A stretch of DNA of 32,000 nucleotides from Candidatus Saccharimonas aalborgensis (GTDB lineage Bacteria; Patescibacteriota; Saccharimonadia; Saccharimonadales; Saccharimonadaceae), in NCBI RefSeq assembly GCF_000392435.1, contig NC_021219.1, positions 60,001 through 92,000 on the forward strand. Direction: 5' to 3'. Of this stretch, positions 1 through 9,051 are shown piece by piece (the stretch's first letter is position 1; each line of letters begins with the position of its first letter). Position numbers and translations under genes: made by a program. A model generated the notes under the pieces. That model had not been told where the DNA came from, made no database searches, and saw only the letters and a program-made list of their open reading frames with translations.

Positions 1-132
1 GATGAAGCCGACACAGGTCAGTTCGGCTGTCGTCGGTCCGTAGACCGACAAGCGAGCTCGGGCACACGCCGGAGAGTCCGGGGTGACCCGGAAAACCACA
101 TACCAATTCTCCCAATGTCCTTCAGCCGCCAC
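1..132 (-). CDS. Partial GC-rich ORF running off the left window edge (first 44 codons VAAEGHWENWYVVFRVTPDSPACARARLSVYGPTTAELTCVGFI)
   Basis: GTG at 132-130 with GAGGTG 6 nt upstream and a TTGATA-17-TAATAT promoter further upstream. The frame stays open to position 1. Absent from the ORF track because it is truncated. Plus-strand frame 1 is also open here, so the strand is uncertain. Confidence 0.3.
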   Translation of the reverse strand, partial: MAAEGHWENWYVVFRVTPDSPACARARLSVYGPTTAELTCVGFI

Positions 133-185
133 GCGTATCACCTCTTTCGTAGGATCGAACTATTGTGTGGGGTTGATCAATTTCT

Positions 186-214
186 ATATTACAACTTTAT
201 TGACTATTTATCAA
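186..214 (-). promoter_or_regulatory. Sigma70-type promoter TTGATA-17 nt-TAATAT reading leftwards
   Basis: -35 is the reverse complement of 209-214 and -10 the reverse complement of 186-191, with a 17-nt spacer in AT-rich context. Confidence 0.5.
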
Positions 215-230
215 GTTTACAAAAAAACCT

Positions 231-346
231 GAATCTCAACCCTCCTCCGACAGACAGTTGGCCCTGATGGGCCAAGGCCCGCCAAGAGCGAAGGCTGATT
301 TAGTTAGCGGCGGGCCGGTTGTCTGGAGTGGGGAGAGGATGGGTTT
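231..346 (+). repeat. GC-rich structured repeat element, family B, copy 1
   Basis: Core cctcctccgacagacagttggccctgatgggccaaggcccgccaagagcgaaggctgatttagttagcggcgggccggttgtctggagtgggg is nearly identical to 12415-12537 and, reverse-complemented, to 3911-4018. Perfect hairpins ttggccc/gggccaa (258-275) and ggcccgcc/ggcgggcc (276-316). The ends aaccc..cctc and gagg..gggtt are complementary. Confidence 0.9.
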
Positions 347-373
347 GTGTCTCTCGTGCTACACTGGTACGTG

Positions 374-1402
374 ATGCAACTCGCTGATTTTCATTATGAT
401 ATTCCCGAAAAACTGATCGCGACCACGCCACCGACAGTACGCGGTGATGCGCGGCTGCTAGTTCTTGACCGCCAGAGCGGCACTGTTAGTGATCGACACT
501 ACCCAGATATCGTCGACTACCTCGGGCTTGGCGACGTGCTTATCATCAATGACACCAAAGTCATCAAGGCTCGATTGATAACAACCAAACAAACCGGTGG
601 CACACGCGAGCTTGTGCTTGTCGAGAAGCACGGTCGCAGTGACGACTGGCATACCCACAAGGTTATCTACCGACGCAAGTTAGCTGTTGGGGACAAACTC
701 TCTGTCGGAGCCGATACGCTGACGGTGGAGGAACTACTTGATGGTGGCATGGCAATCATCAAAAGTGAGCGTGACCTGCTACAAATCGCCGAAGAACACG
801 GCTCGGTGCCGCTGCCACCGTATATGCGGCGCGACGCAACGCCAGCAGATATCGAGCGATACCAGACGATATTTGCCCGTGAGCAGGGGTCGGTCGCCGC
901 TCCGACGGCAAGTCTCAATATGACAGAGGAGACCCTCTCACGACTCCGCGACAAAGGCATTGTCGTCGTCTATGCAACGCTGCATGTCGGCCTCGGTACG
1001 TTTCTGCCTATTCGCGTCGAAGATGTTACCGATCATCATATGCATAAGGAGTATTTTGAGATTCCCGCAGTCACTGTAAGCGCGATACGTGATGCCAAGG
1101 CAAAGGGTAAGCGAGTTGTCGCCCTCGGCACGACTGTGACACGCACACTTGAGTATGCTCACGAAGCCATCCTGGCCGGGCCGCCTAGAGACCTCTCGGG
1201 CGAAGCAGATATCTTTATGTATCCTGGCTATAGCTTTAAGATTATCGACGGCCTGATCACGAACTTTCATATGCCAGATAGCACCGTCCTCATGCTGACC
1301 GCGGCCTTTGCAGGATGGGATAAGCTCAAGCCTGCCTATGAACACGCTATCGACAAAAGCTATCGGTTCTTTAGCTACGGCGACAGTATGTTGATCCTGT
1401 AG
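374..1402 (+). CDS. queA: S-adenosylmethionine:tRNA ribosyltransferase-isomerase
   Basis: Track ORF 347-1402. N-terminus MQLADFHYDIPEKLIATTP and C-terminus FFSYGDSMLIL are typical of QueA. ATG 374 is preferred over GTG 347 because the family N-terminus begins there and TGcTACACT lies at 357-365. Confidence 0.93.
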   Translation: MQLADFHYDIPEKLIATTPPTVRGDARLLVLDRQSGTVSDRHYPDIVDYLGLGDVLIINDTKVIKARLITTKQTGGTRELVLVEKHGRSDDWHTHKVIYRRKLAVGDKLSVGADTLTVEELLDGGMAIIKSERDLLQIAEEHGSVPLPPYMRRDATPADIERYQTIFAREQGSVAAPTASLNMTEETLSRLRDKGIVVVYATLHVGLGTFLPIRVEDVTDHHMHKEYFEIPAVTVSAIRDAKAKGKRVVALGTTVTRTLEYAHEAILAGPPRDLSGEADIFMYPGYSFKIIDGLITNFHMPDSTVLMLTAAFAGWDKLKPAYEHAIDKSYRFFSYGDSMLIL

Positions 1403-1408
1403 CCCACA

Positions 1409-1443
1409 AAAAGCAAACTGCCCGCCCCCGAGGGAGCGAGCAG
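1409..1443 (-). terminator. Intrinsic terminator (minus strand) inside repeat A copy 1
   Basis: Minus-strand RNA CUGCUCGCUCC-CUCG-GGGGCGGGCAG gives an 11-bp stem with two G-U pairs, which would be C-A mismatches on the plus strand. It is followed by UUUGCUUUU. Confidence 0.75.
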
Positions 1444-1468
1444 TCGCTACAACCTCGAGGGACGGGCG
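1410..1468 (-). repeat. 59-bp direct repeat, family A, copy 1, immediately 3' of the membrane-protein gene
   Basis: aaagcaaactgcccgcccccgagggagcgagcagtcgctacaacctcgagggacgggcg matches 2133-2189 except for one substitution and a 2-nt indel. It starts directly after the stop codon at 1469. Confidence 0.92.
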
Positions 1469-2065
1469 CTAAGAAACCGAAACTGATACTACCTTCCGCC
1501 TCATAATGATGGTGATCGCCATCAACACGTCGCAGAGAAGGAGATGCAATGGCGCCAAGTAGAGGAACCACTCTGGCGAACCAACGGCAACGACATTGAG
1601 TGCCGCGGCTACTGAGCCAAGCCCCCACATCATCAATGGCTCGGACGACGGATCGCGCCAGGTCTTGATGAGGCTGAGCGTGATACCGATGGTATCGGCA
1701 ACGAGGATGCAGACGAGCGCCATCAGCGCCGAGCTCATCGCGAACCACAGCGTGATACTGGTGAGCGCGATGACGAGCGCAAGTGAGTTTGGCCAGTCAA
1801 GTCCTCCCTCTCCCCGACCGCGCGTCAGCGACAGGCAAAATATCGTGAGGTTGACCACTACGAACCAGCCAAAGACAAACAGGCTGTCGCGTGAGCCAAG
1901 GGCGAACTGAGAGCCGAAGATCACGAGCGCGGTCATCAGGAAGATGAACCACGTATAGCGATGGGGCTGCGCTTGACGCCGCCAAATGGCTTTGACGTAG
2001 CTGAGATCGCTGATCGAGATCAGGATCACGGCCAAAATGCCGATTGCTGCAAGCACGTGGCTCAC
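1469..2065 (-). CDS. Multi-pass membrane protein of unknown function (about 6 TM helices), moderately GC-rich
   Basis: Track ORF of 198 aa, hydrophobic throughout. AGGAGG lies 8 nt before the in-frame GTG at 2056, so the true start may be 2056. It has its own promoter at 2098-2126 and a terminator at 1409-1443. Confidence 0.7.
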   Translation of the reverse strand: MSHVLAAIGILAVILISISDLSYVKAIWRRQAQPHRYTWFIFLMTALVIFGSQFALGSRDSLFVFGWFVVVNLTIFCLSLTRGRGEGGLDWPNSLALVIALTSITLWFAMSSALMALVCILVADTIGITLSLIKTWRDPSSEPLMMWGLGSVAAALNVVAVGSPEWFLYLAPLHLLLCDVLMAITIIMRRKVVSVSVS

Positions 2066-2097
2066 CTCCTCTTTGTGAAAGATCGATTCTTTTTGTA

Positions 2098-2126
2098 TTT
2101 ATAACACTTCTGTAGATAATTTTCAA
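2098..2126 (-). promoter_or_regulatory. Sigma70-type promoter TTGAAA-17 nt-TATAAA for the membrane-protein gene
   Basis: -35 is the reverse complement of 2121-2126 and -10 the reverse complement of 2098-2103, in an AT-rich gap between repeat A copy 2 and the gene. Confidence 0.6.
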
Positions 2127-2132
2127 CCCATG

Positions 2133-2166
2133 AAAGCAAACTGCCCGCCCCCGAGGGAGCGAGCAG
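2133..2166 (-). terminator. Intrinsic terminator (minus strand) inside repeat A copy 2
   Basis: Same 11-bp G-U-containing stem as copy 1 (2141-2166), followed on the minus strand by UUUGCUUU. Confidence 0.75.
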
Positions 2167-2189
2167 TCGCTACGACCTGGGGACGGGCG
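2133..2189 (-). repeat. 57-bp direct repeat, family A, copy 2, immediately 3' of the wHTH gene
   Basis: aaagcaaactgcccgcccccgagggagcgagcagtcgctacgacctggggacgggcg lies 4 nt after the stop codon at 2194. Confidence 0.92.
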
Positions 2190-2193
2190 TGTT

Positions 2194-2544
2194 CTACGGC
2201 AAGCCGTAGAGGATGCGGGCGAACGGGCGGACGGCAGCGAAATGCTGCGCCACCTCACTGCCTAGGTCGGTGAGCTCCTGCCGGAACTCATCCGCGTTGT
2301 AGCGGACGAGGCCGAGTTCGTGGAGCTTGACAACCGCGTCGGTGATGTTGCCGCCGAGCTCGAAGTGACGCCACTTCGCCTCCTCGAACATCATGATGAG
2401 CTCGAGTCCGGGCTTGCGGCCCTCACGGGCCTCGAGCATGATCAGGAGGTACAGCACCGCGTGCCGCGGCACCTCCTTGAGTCGCTGGAGCGCCTCGAGG
2501 ACGCTCGCCGCGGGATTCTCCGGCTCTTTGTATTCATACTCCAT
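2194..2544 (-). CDS. Small GC-rich winged-helix-like DNA-binding protein (116 aa)
   Basis: Track ORF. GAGGTG lies 5 nt before the ATG. Nearly all third codon positions are G/C. The segment VLYLLIMLEAREGRKPGLELI...ITDAVVKLHELGLVRY looks like a PadR/MarR-type wHTH; this is recognition by eye only. Confidence 0.65.
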   Translation of the reverse strand: MEYEYKEPENPAASVLEALQRLKEVPRHAVLYLLIMLEAREGRKPGLELIMMFEEAKWRHFELGGNITDAVVKLHELGLVRYNADEFRQELTDLGSEVAQHFAAVRPFARILYGLP

Positions 2545-2583
2545 AGTGCACCTCGATAAAATCGAAGGGATGTGGACATATTC

Positions 2584-2612
2584 ATTATGTCATAGTTTAC
2601 ATATATTTGCAA
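2584..2612 (-). promoter_or_regulatory. Sigma70-type promoter TTGCAA-17 nt-CATAAT for the wHTH gene
   Basis: ttgcaa at 2607-2612 (a palindromic hexamer); -10 is the reverse complement of attatg at 2584-2589; 17-nt spacer. This leaves a leader of about 35 nt carrying the SD. Confidence 0.55.
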
Positions 2613-2649
2613 CTACTTCATTCACTTGACCTCAGTTGTGCTACAGTAA

Positions 2650-3903
<1,254 letters not shown>

Positions 3904-3910
3904 CTTGAGC

Positions 3911-4018
3911 CTCACCACCTCCCCACTCCGAACACCGGCCCGCCGCTAACTGACTAGCTTTCGCCTTGGCGGGCCTTGGCCCATCAGGGCCAACTGTCTG
4001 TCGGGGGAGGTGGTGATA
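3911..4018 (-). repeat. GC-rich structured repeat element, family B, copy 2 (inverted relative to copies 1 and 3)
   Basis: The reverse complement aligns to copy 1 across the core, with small indels in the large loop. Perfect 13-bp closing stem tcaccacctcccc (3913-3925) / ggggaggtggtga (4004-4016). It lies between the convergent stops of tgt (3903) and yhhQ (4029). Confidence 0.9.
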
Positions 4019-4028
4019 CGCTGATGAA

Positions 4029-4703
4029 TTAGTCAACCAAGTAGCGTGCCGGTGCTTCGAAGCTATCGAGTTTTTCGTGCTTCTTGATGTAGTGAATGAC
4101 ACGCATGGTGAGTGGTGACACCGCTATTTCGGTGACTATCTTGATACAAAAGACGGTGGCGATAAGCTGAACCATCGTATCGGCCGGCATCGTGCCGCCG
4201 AACGCGAGGAGCGAAAAGACTGTGGTATCAACGAGACTACCGACACCAGAACTGCCAACAAGACGCGCCCAGAGACGCTTGCCCTTTGTCTTAATCTTGA
4301 GCGTTACGAGGACGTAGCTATTGATCAATTCACCGATAAATATCGCGGCGATACTAGCTGCAACGATCCGCCATACTACTCCCAGGATGGCATCATACGA
4401 TGATTGATTTGTCCAGCTTACATCTGCCGGCAGCATACCGACTAACCAAAAGGTTACACTAGTCAAGAGAAGCGTCATGATGCCTACGTAGAGGAGTGAC
4501 CGCATCTTGCGATATCCATATACCTCTGTCACGATATCACCCACGATATACGCCAGCGGAAACAGTATGGTTCCCGCATCAAATACTAGTGGTCCAGCAT
4601 GCACCATCTTGACACTGGCAATATTGCTGACGATAAGCGTCATCACAAATAGTCCCGATAAGAGTTCATAGACATGGACATGTTTTTTGGCAAACAGAAA
4701 CAT
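4029..4703 (-). CDS. yhhQ: Queuosine-precursor transporter, YhhQ/VUT (DUF165) family
   Basis: Track ORF of 224 aa, a polytopic membrane protein. Contains the FPLAYIVGDIVTEVYGY motif typical of YhhQ. It is adjacent to tgt and queA. Confidence 0.85.
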   Translation of the reverse strand: MFLFAKKHVHVYELLSGLFVMTLIVSNIASVKMVHAGPLVFDAGTILFPLAYIVGDIVTEVYGYRKMRSLLYVGIMTLLLTSVTFWLVGMLPADVSWTNQSSYDAILGVVWRIVAASIAAIFIGELINSYVLVTLKIKTKGKRLWARLVGSSGVGSLVDTTVFSLLAFGGTMPADTMVQLIATVFCIKIVTEIAVSPLTMRVIHYIKKHEKLDSFEAPARYLVD

Positions 4704-4711
4704 GCTGACTA

Positions 4712-5416
4712 TTATACACCACCCGTTACTACTGGTACTGTCTGGTCAGGACATGTCTCAAGCACACGCTGCATGGCAGATTTTTCGGCATCGGTGACCC
4801 ACAGATGGTACTTTGCCTTCACGGCGATCTGCCGTGCGACATACTGACACCGAAATGCCCTATTTGCCGGTAACCATGTGGCGGCATCGCCATCACCTTT
4901 GGCTTGATTGGCATCGCCATCGACCGCTAGCAGTTCAAGTGGATCATTTGCGAGCTGAGTACGCTCTTCAAGGCTGAGGAGTTGTGCACCGGTTTGCCAG
5001 GCATTACTGAGCGCAACGACGTGATCAATCTGCACGTCATCACTGGTTGATGGGCCTCTCGCAAACGCAATGACCGTACCCGTATAGGGATCATTGAGGA
5101 TGCCACTCGTGACTTTGCAAGAATCATTTACCACGGCATTTGAAAGATCACGATGGAGGATAATATTGCGCATATCACAGGTGCCGATAAGTGACCAACC
5201 ATCGCCGAACTGAGTTCGGGTGTAGTCAGTTTTTGGCGCGCGTCCTTTGACCGGTAACTTCTCGAGCATCGCCTGTGCCCGATCACCGGTAGTCACCGAC
5301 GTCGATGAGGGGATCGATGGAGGAGTCTGGGGTTGCGGCCCAGTTTGATTGATATAGAGAGCAATTGCAAATGCGATAAGCAATGCTCCGAGTACCCTTC
5401 GTCGACGATATGGCAT
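4712..5416 (-). CDS. Membrane-anchored or secreted HNH/DUF1524-type nuclease
   Basis: Track ORF 4712-5476. ATG 5416 gives MPYRRRRVLGALLIAFAIALY (an N-terminal anchor), then a Pro/Ser linker and the His-Me finger-like DHVVALSNAW...GDANQAKGDGD. Confidence 0.8.
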   Translation of the reverse strand: MPYRRRRVLGALLIAFAIALYINQTGPQPQTPPSIPSSTSVTTGDRAQAMLEKLPVKGRAPKTDYTRTQFGDGWSLIGTCDMRNIILHRDLSNAVVNDSCKVTSGILNDPYTGTVIAFARGPSTSDDVQIDHVVALSNAWQTGAQLLSLEERTQLANDPLELLAVDGDANQAKGDGDAATWLPANRAFRCQYVARQIAVKAKYHLWVTDAEKSAMQRVLETCPDQTVPVVTGGV

Positions 5417-5446
5417 GCGCCCATTATCCTCTGATACAATAGAGGA

Positions 5447-7969
5447 ATGCAAGCTGTAAATCACCTTATTTCTCAATTTGTCCCGGAATCATATAATCTC
5501 TCATTGATACTTGATCGAGCTAGCCATGAGGCCCACGGTCATGTCGTCATCTCAGGATCTTCAGTCAACGGTACTATCGCACTTCATGCCAAGGATATGG
5601 CCATCGACCATGTAATGCTTGATGGCCAACCAGCGTCACACTCCTTCGGTAAGGACGATGAGCTCACTATCGGCAGCTCTGCTCTCTCGCCGGGCAAGCA
5701 TGTCATCGAAATTGAGTACCACTTTACCATCACCGAACTCGCACATGGTATGTACGTATCGCGCTATAAAGAAAACGGTGTTGAGAAAGAGTTATTTGCC
5801 ACCCAACTTGAGAGTCACTACGCCCGTGAGGTACTGCCCTGCGTCGATGAACCAGAAGCCAAAGCTGTCTTTACGGTCGATATCACCACCGCACGTGGAT
5901 CAACAGTCCTTAGTAATATGCCGGCTACGCATTACGAACATAGCAATGAGGTGACCACAACATACTTCGAACCCTCTCCGCGTATGAGTAGCTACCTACT
6001 CGCTATCGCCGTCGGAGAGTTTCACAAGCTCAGCCGTCTCTCGACGACTGGCGTTGAGGTCAATATATGGGCAGTGCCGACTCAACCGGCTACCGCGCTT
6101 GAATACCCCCTTGAACAAGCAATCAAATGTATTGATTTTTATGATGACTACTTCGGTGTGCCCTACCCGCTTCCAAAAAGTGACCACCTCGCCCTCCCAG
6201 ATTTTGGAGGTGGTGCAGCCGCCATGGAAAACTGGGGACTAGTCACCTATCGTCAAGATTACTTGCTCGCTGATCCCAGCATGACTAGCGTCGAATCAAA
6301 GCAGATGATCGCCAAGACAATTGCTCATGAGATTAGCCACCAATGGTTTGGCAACCTCGTGACGATGAAGTGGTGGAATGACCTCTGGCTCAACGAGAGT
6401 TTTGCTAATGTGATGGAGTACATCGCACTTGATCATCTCTACCCCGAATGGCAGATGTGGCTGGATTGTTCCACCTACGAAAACGTCCTCGCGCTACGGC
6501 GCGACAGTATCGATGGTGTCCAGTCAGTCCAGATCGATGTCAATCATCCGAGCGAGATTCAGTCTATCTTTGACGGAGCGATCGTCTATGCAAAGGGTGG
6601 CCGCTTGATGCGCATGCTCCATGCGTACGTTGGTGAGGAGGCATTCCGCAGTGGACTTAAACTCTATTTTTCCAGGCATCAATACGCCAATACGACGGGA
6701 GACGACCTATGGAACGCACTTGCCGAAACCAGTGGCAAGGATGTCGTTGGCTTCATGCACACATGGATTAGCCAGCCAGGGTATCCGGTTGTCTCGGCCT
6801 CTCTGGCAGACGGTGAATTAACCCTCACCCAGCGACAGTTTTTTATTGGCCCACACCAGGCCTCAACTCGCCTGTGGCCAATCCCGCTTGGCGCCCAGAA
6901 TGAGTCGATTCCTCACACACTGAGCGAACCATCACTCACAATACCCTACTCGGATACGTCTCTACGGCTCAACCAGGATGATAGCGCTCACTTCATTACT
7001 CACTACGACAAGGGGTTATTTGATAAATTGTTGTCTGACGTGAGGAGTGGTAACCTATCAGTCTTAGGTCGGGCCCAACTGCTTCACGAGCAAACCCTGC
7101 TTGTACGGGGTGGTCTGCTCTCGAGCGACACATTGATTGACCTCCTCGAAGCCTATGTCAATGAAGACGATGAATACGTCTGGGATATGATGGCCGTAGC
7201 TATCGGTGAGTTAAAAAAGTTTGTCGACACGAATGAGGCTGCAGAGCATCAGTTACGGACGTTTGTCGGACGACTCGCACGTCAGCAGTATGAACAGCTC
7301 GGATGGCAAAAGAAACCGGATGAATCACTCACACGCACCAAACTTCGCACGACCATTATCAGCTGTATGCTCTATAGCGAGGATACTGAGGTCATAGCCG
7401 AGGCCATTCGTCAGTATCGCTCCTCGTCAATCGACCAGCTTGATCCCGAACTACGCGGCCTAATCATCTCGACTGTTGTTCGTCACGATCATCGCCCGGA
7501 CGATATCGATGCACTCATCCAGGACTATAGCGCAACCATCAATCCCGAGTTGCAACACGATATCTGCGGCGCCCTCACCTCATCGCGTGATCACGATACA
7601 CTACTGCGTTTGATCGGCCTCCTCAAAGATACAAAGGTGATCCGTCTCCAAGACACCGTCTCGTGGTTTGTATCGCTCCTAAGAAACCGCTTTAGCCGCC
7701 AAGAGGTGTGGGACTGGATGAGACGCGAATGGCCGTGGATCGGCGAGATGTACTTTAGCGAAAAAAGCTATGACTCATTCCCGAAGTACGCCGCAATGTG
7801 CCTCATGACAGCGTCACAACTCGATGAGTTTACAGCATTCTTTACCCCGATGCGCGATGACCCTTCGCTGACACGGGCCATCGATATGGGTATTGTTGAT
7901 CTCACTGCCCGCGTTGAGCTGATCGAAAAAGATGGACCAGCCGTCATCGCGAGACTAGCGCAACTCTAA
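5447..7969 (+). CDS. pepN: Aminopeptidase N (M1 family)
   Basis: Contains the GAMENWG exopeptidase motif (AAAMENWGLV) and the zinc motif HEISHQWFGNLVTMKWWNDLWLNESFA. Confidence 0.93.
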   Translation: MQAVNHLISQFVPESYNLSLILDRASHEAHGHVVISGSSVNGTIALHAKDMAIDHVMLDGQPASHSFGKDDELTIGSSALSPGKHVIEIEYHFTITELAHGMYVSRYKENGVEKELFATQLESHYAREVLPCVDEPEAKAVFTVDITTARGSTVLSNMPATHYEHSNEVTTTYFEPSPRMSSYLLAIAVGEFHKLSRLSTTGVEVNIWAVPTQPATALEYPLEQAIKCIDFYDDYFGVPYPLPKSDHLALPDFGGGAAAMENWGLVTYRQDYLLADPSMTSVESKQMIAKTIAHEISHQWFGNLVTMKWWNDLWLNESFANVMEYIALDHLYPEWQMWLDCSTYENVLALRRDSIDGVQSVQIDVNHPSEIQSIFDGAIVYAKGGRLMRMLHAYVGEEAFRSGLKLYFSRHQYANTTGDDLWNALAETSGKDVVGFMHTWISQPGYPVVSASLADGELTLTQRQFFIGPHQASTRLWPIPLGAQNESIPHTLSEPSLTIPYSDTSLRLNQDDSAHFITHYDKGLFDKLLSDVRSGNLSVLGRAQLLHEQTLLVRGGLLSSDTLIDLLEAYVNEDDEYVWDMMAVAIGELKKFVDTNEAAEHQLRTFVGRLARQQYEQLGWQKKPDESLTRTKLRTTIISCMLYSEDTEVIAEAIRQYRSSSIDQLDPELRGLIISTVVRHDHRPDDIDALIQDYSATINPELQHDICGALTSSRDHDTLLRLIGLLKDTKVIRLQDTVSWFVSLLRNRFSRQEVWDWMRREWPWIGEMYFSEKSYDSFPKYAAMCLMTASQLDEFTAFFTPMRDDPSLTRAIDMGIVDLTARVELIEKDGPAVIARLAQL

Positions 7970-8902
7970 GTATGTGACGACAGCGGGTGGTGTGCCGGTG
8001 GTAGAAATAACTCCTAGCCGCAGATCATGTCCCGGGTGATGAGCGGCATACACCTCTGCAGCAAAGGCCATTTGACGCTGCTTCCGCTTTGTAATCGCAG
8101 CAATTCCGTCTCCCGCTGTATCATTTTTGCGATGTTTCACCTCTGTAAAGTGCAGCGTATTTGCCTGCTTGCTAATGATATCAATTTCGCACCATTTCGT
8201 ACGCCAATTCCGTGCCACGATGGTATGACCGAGTGATTGTAGATACTCAGCCGCCACAGCCTCACTCGCCTGGCCAATTGAGCGAGTGGTGGTAGCCGGT
8301 AGGCTTTTCTCGCGCCTTTCTTTGGGAGCGTCGAATCGATAGGCCGCGAGTGGCGCAAAGCTCAACCGATGCAGCGGAGTTACCCCGAGCTTGTCTATGG
8401 CCGCTCGATGTGCCGCGACGCCATAGCCAGCATGACGACCGAATCCATACCCAGGGTAGACGCTATCTTGATCGGCCATGTAGCGATCGCGTGCCACCTT
8501 TGCAACGATCGAAGCAGCCGAGACACTCGGCACCAATTTGTCGGCTTTTGGCAGGACGGTCACATACTGACCCTTTTTTGTTCCAGCGAGGAAATTAACA
8601 GTGCCGTCGATGATGATTTCGTGGTACGGTACCGTGATTTGCTCGACAGCCCGCCTGGTCGCTAGTACAAGCGCCTGGCTGAGGCCGATGTTGTCGAGCT
8701 CTGTCGCCGTGACCCATCCCAGCGCTACTGCTGCAGCCTGCTCGATGATAATCGGCGCTAGCGCTTCTCGTTGTTTCTTGGTCAACTGTTTGCTATCAGC
8801 TAGTCCCTCTATCTCAGTGCCACCAAGCACCACCGCACCAACCACCAGTGGTCCTGCCCAGGGACCACGTCCGACTTCATCGATGCCAAGTATCATGCAC
8901 AT
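7955..8902 (-). CDS. rnhB: RNase HII fused to a YraN (UPF0102) endonuclease-like domain
   Basis: Track ORF 7955-9001. GIDEVGRGPWAGPLVVGAVVL and DSKQLTKKQRE indicate RNase HII. The C-terminal AAEYLQSLGHTIVARNWRTKWCEIDIISK...LHFTEVKHR matches the YraN pattern. The start is probably ATG 8902 or 8896, because 9001-9031 is the rplS terminator hairpin. Confidence 0.85.
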   Translation of the reverse strand: MCMILGIDEVGRGPWAGPLVVGAVVLGGTEIEGLADSKQLTKKQREALAPIIIEQAAAVALGWVTATELDNIGLSQALVLATRRAVEQITVPYHEIIIDGTVNFLAGTKKGQYVTVLPKADKLVPSVSAASIVAKVARDRYMADQDSVYPGYGFGRHAGYGVAAHRAAIDKLGVTPLHRLSFAPLAAYRFDAPKERREKSLPATTTRSIGQASEAVAAEYLQSLGHTIVARNWRTKWCEIDIISKQANTLHFTEVKHRKNDTAGDGIAAITKRKQRQMAFAAEVYAAHHPGHDLRLGVISTTGTPPAVVTYLELR

Positions 8903-9000
8903 AAGTATAGCGTATTCCTCATATTTGACTTTTAGTGATATTTTGACAGATGCCTCCAGACACGGGTCATTATCATAGGAAAGCGGTATCTCTCCATGCA

Positions 9001-9031
9001 AAGAACTCTCGGGTTTTGACCGAGAGTTCTT
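9001..9031 (-). terminator. Hairpin terminator downstream of rplS
   Basis: Perfect 12-bp inverted repeat aagaactctcgg / ccgagagttctt with a 7-nt loop, 21 nt after the rplS stop. The minus-strand 3' arm runs into UUCUUU. Confidence 0.65.
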
Positions 9032-9051
9032 TAGTATATAGCTCTAATTAT

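Noticed and set aside
231-346. B element copy 1 as a preQ1 riboswitch controlling queA
   Set aside because: It does not resemble the preQ1 aptamer classes I know. The other two copies sit downstream of unrelated genes (malic enzyme, yhhQ 3' end), so it is a dispersed repeat rather than a queA-specific leader.
265-372. Small ORF starting atgggccaaggcccgcc inside the B element
   Set aside because: The frame is not conserved. Copy 1 gives 35 codons and copy 3 gives 24. In copy 2 a 1-nt deletion in the loop shifts the frame to a stop after 12 codons. Conservation follows base-pairing, not codons.
347-373. N-terminal extensions given by the ORF track for queA (347), the nuclease (5476), rnhB (9001) and the 130-aa gene (25228)
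   Set aside because: The extensions begin at non-ATG or poorly placed codons, have no family counterpart, and overlap promoter or terminator elements. Internal ATGs fit the family N-termini and the -10 spacing better.
1410-2189. Repeat A modules as integron attC sites (a two-cassette array)
   Set aside because: The layout is suggestive: same-orientation genes each followed by a similar imperfect palindrome. However, I find no RYYYAAC/GTTRRRY core pair and no integrase or attI, each gene has its own promoter, and the hairpin plus U-tract is fully explained as an intrinsic terminator.
1371-2258. Track ORFs 1371-1748 (-), 1596-1910 (+) and 1797-2258 (-) around the membrane-protein gene
   Set aside because: They run through the terminator repeats and the promoter gap, or lie antisense to or out of frame with the hydrophobic 198-aa ORF. 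Their Arg/Cys/Ser-rich composition is typical of wrong frames.
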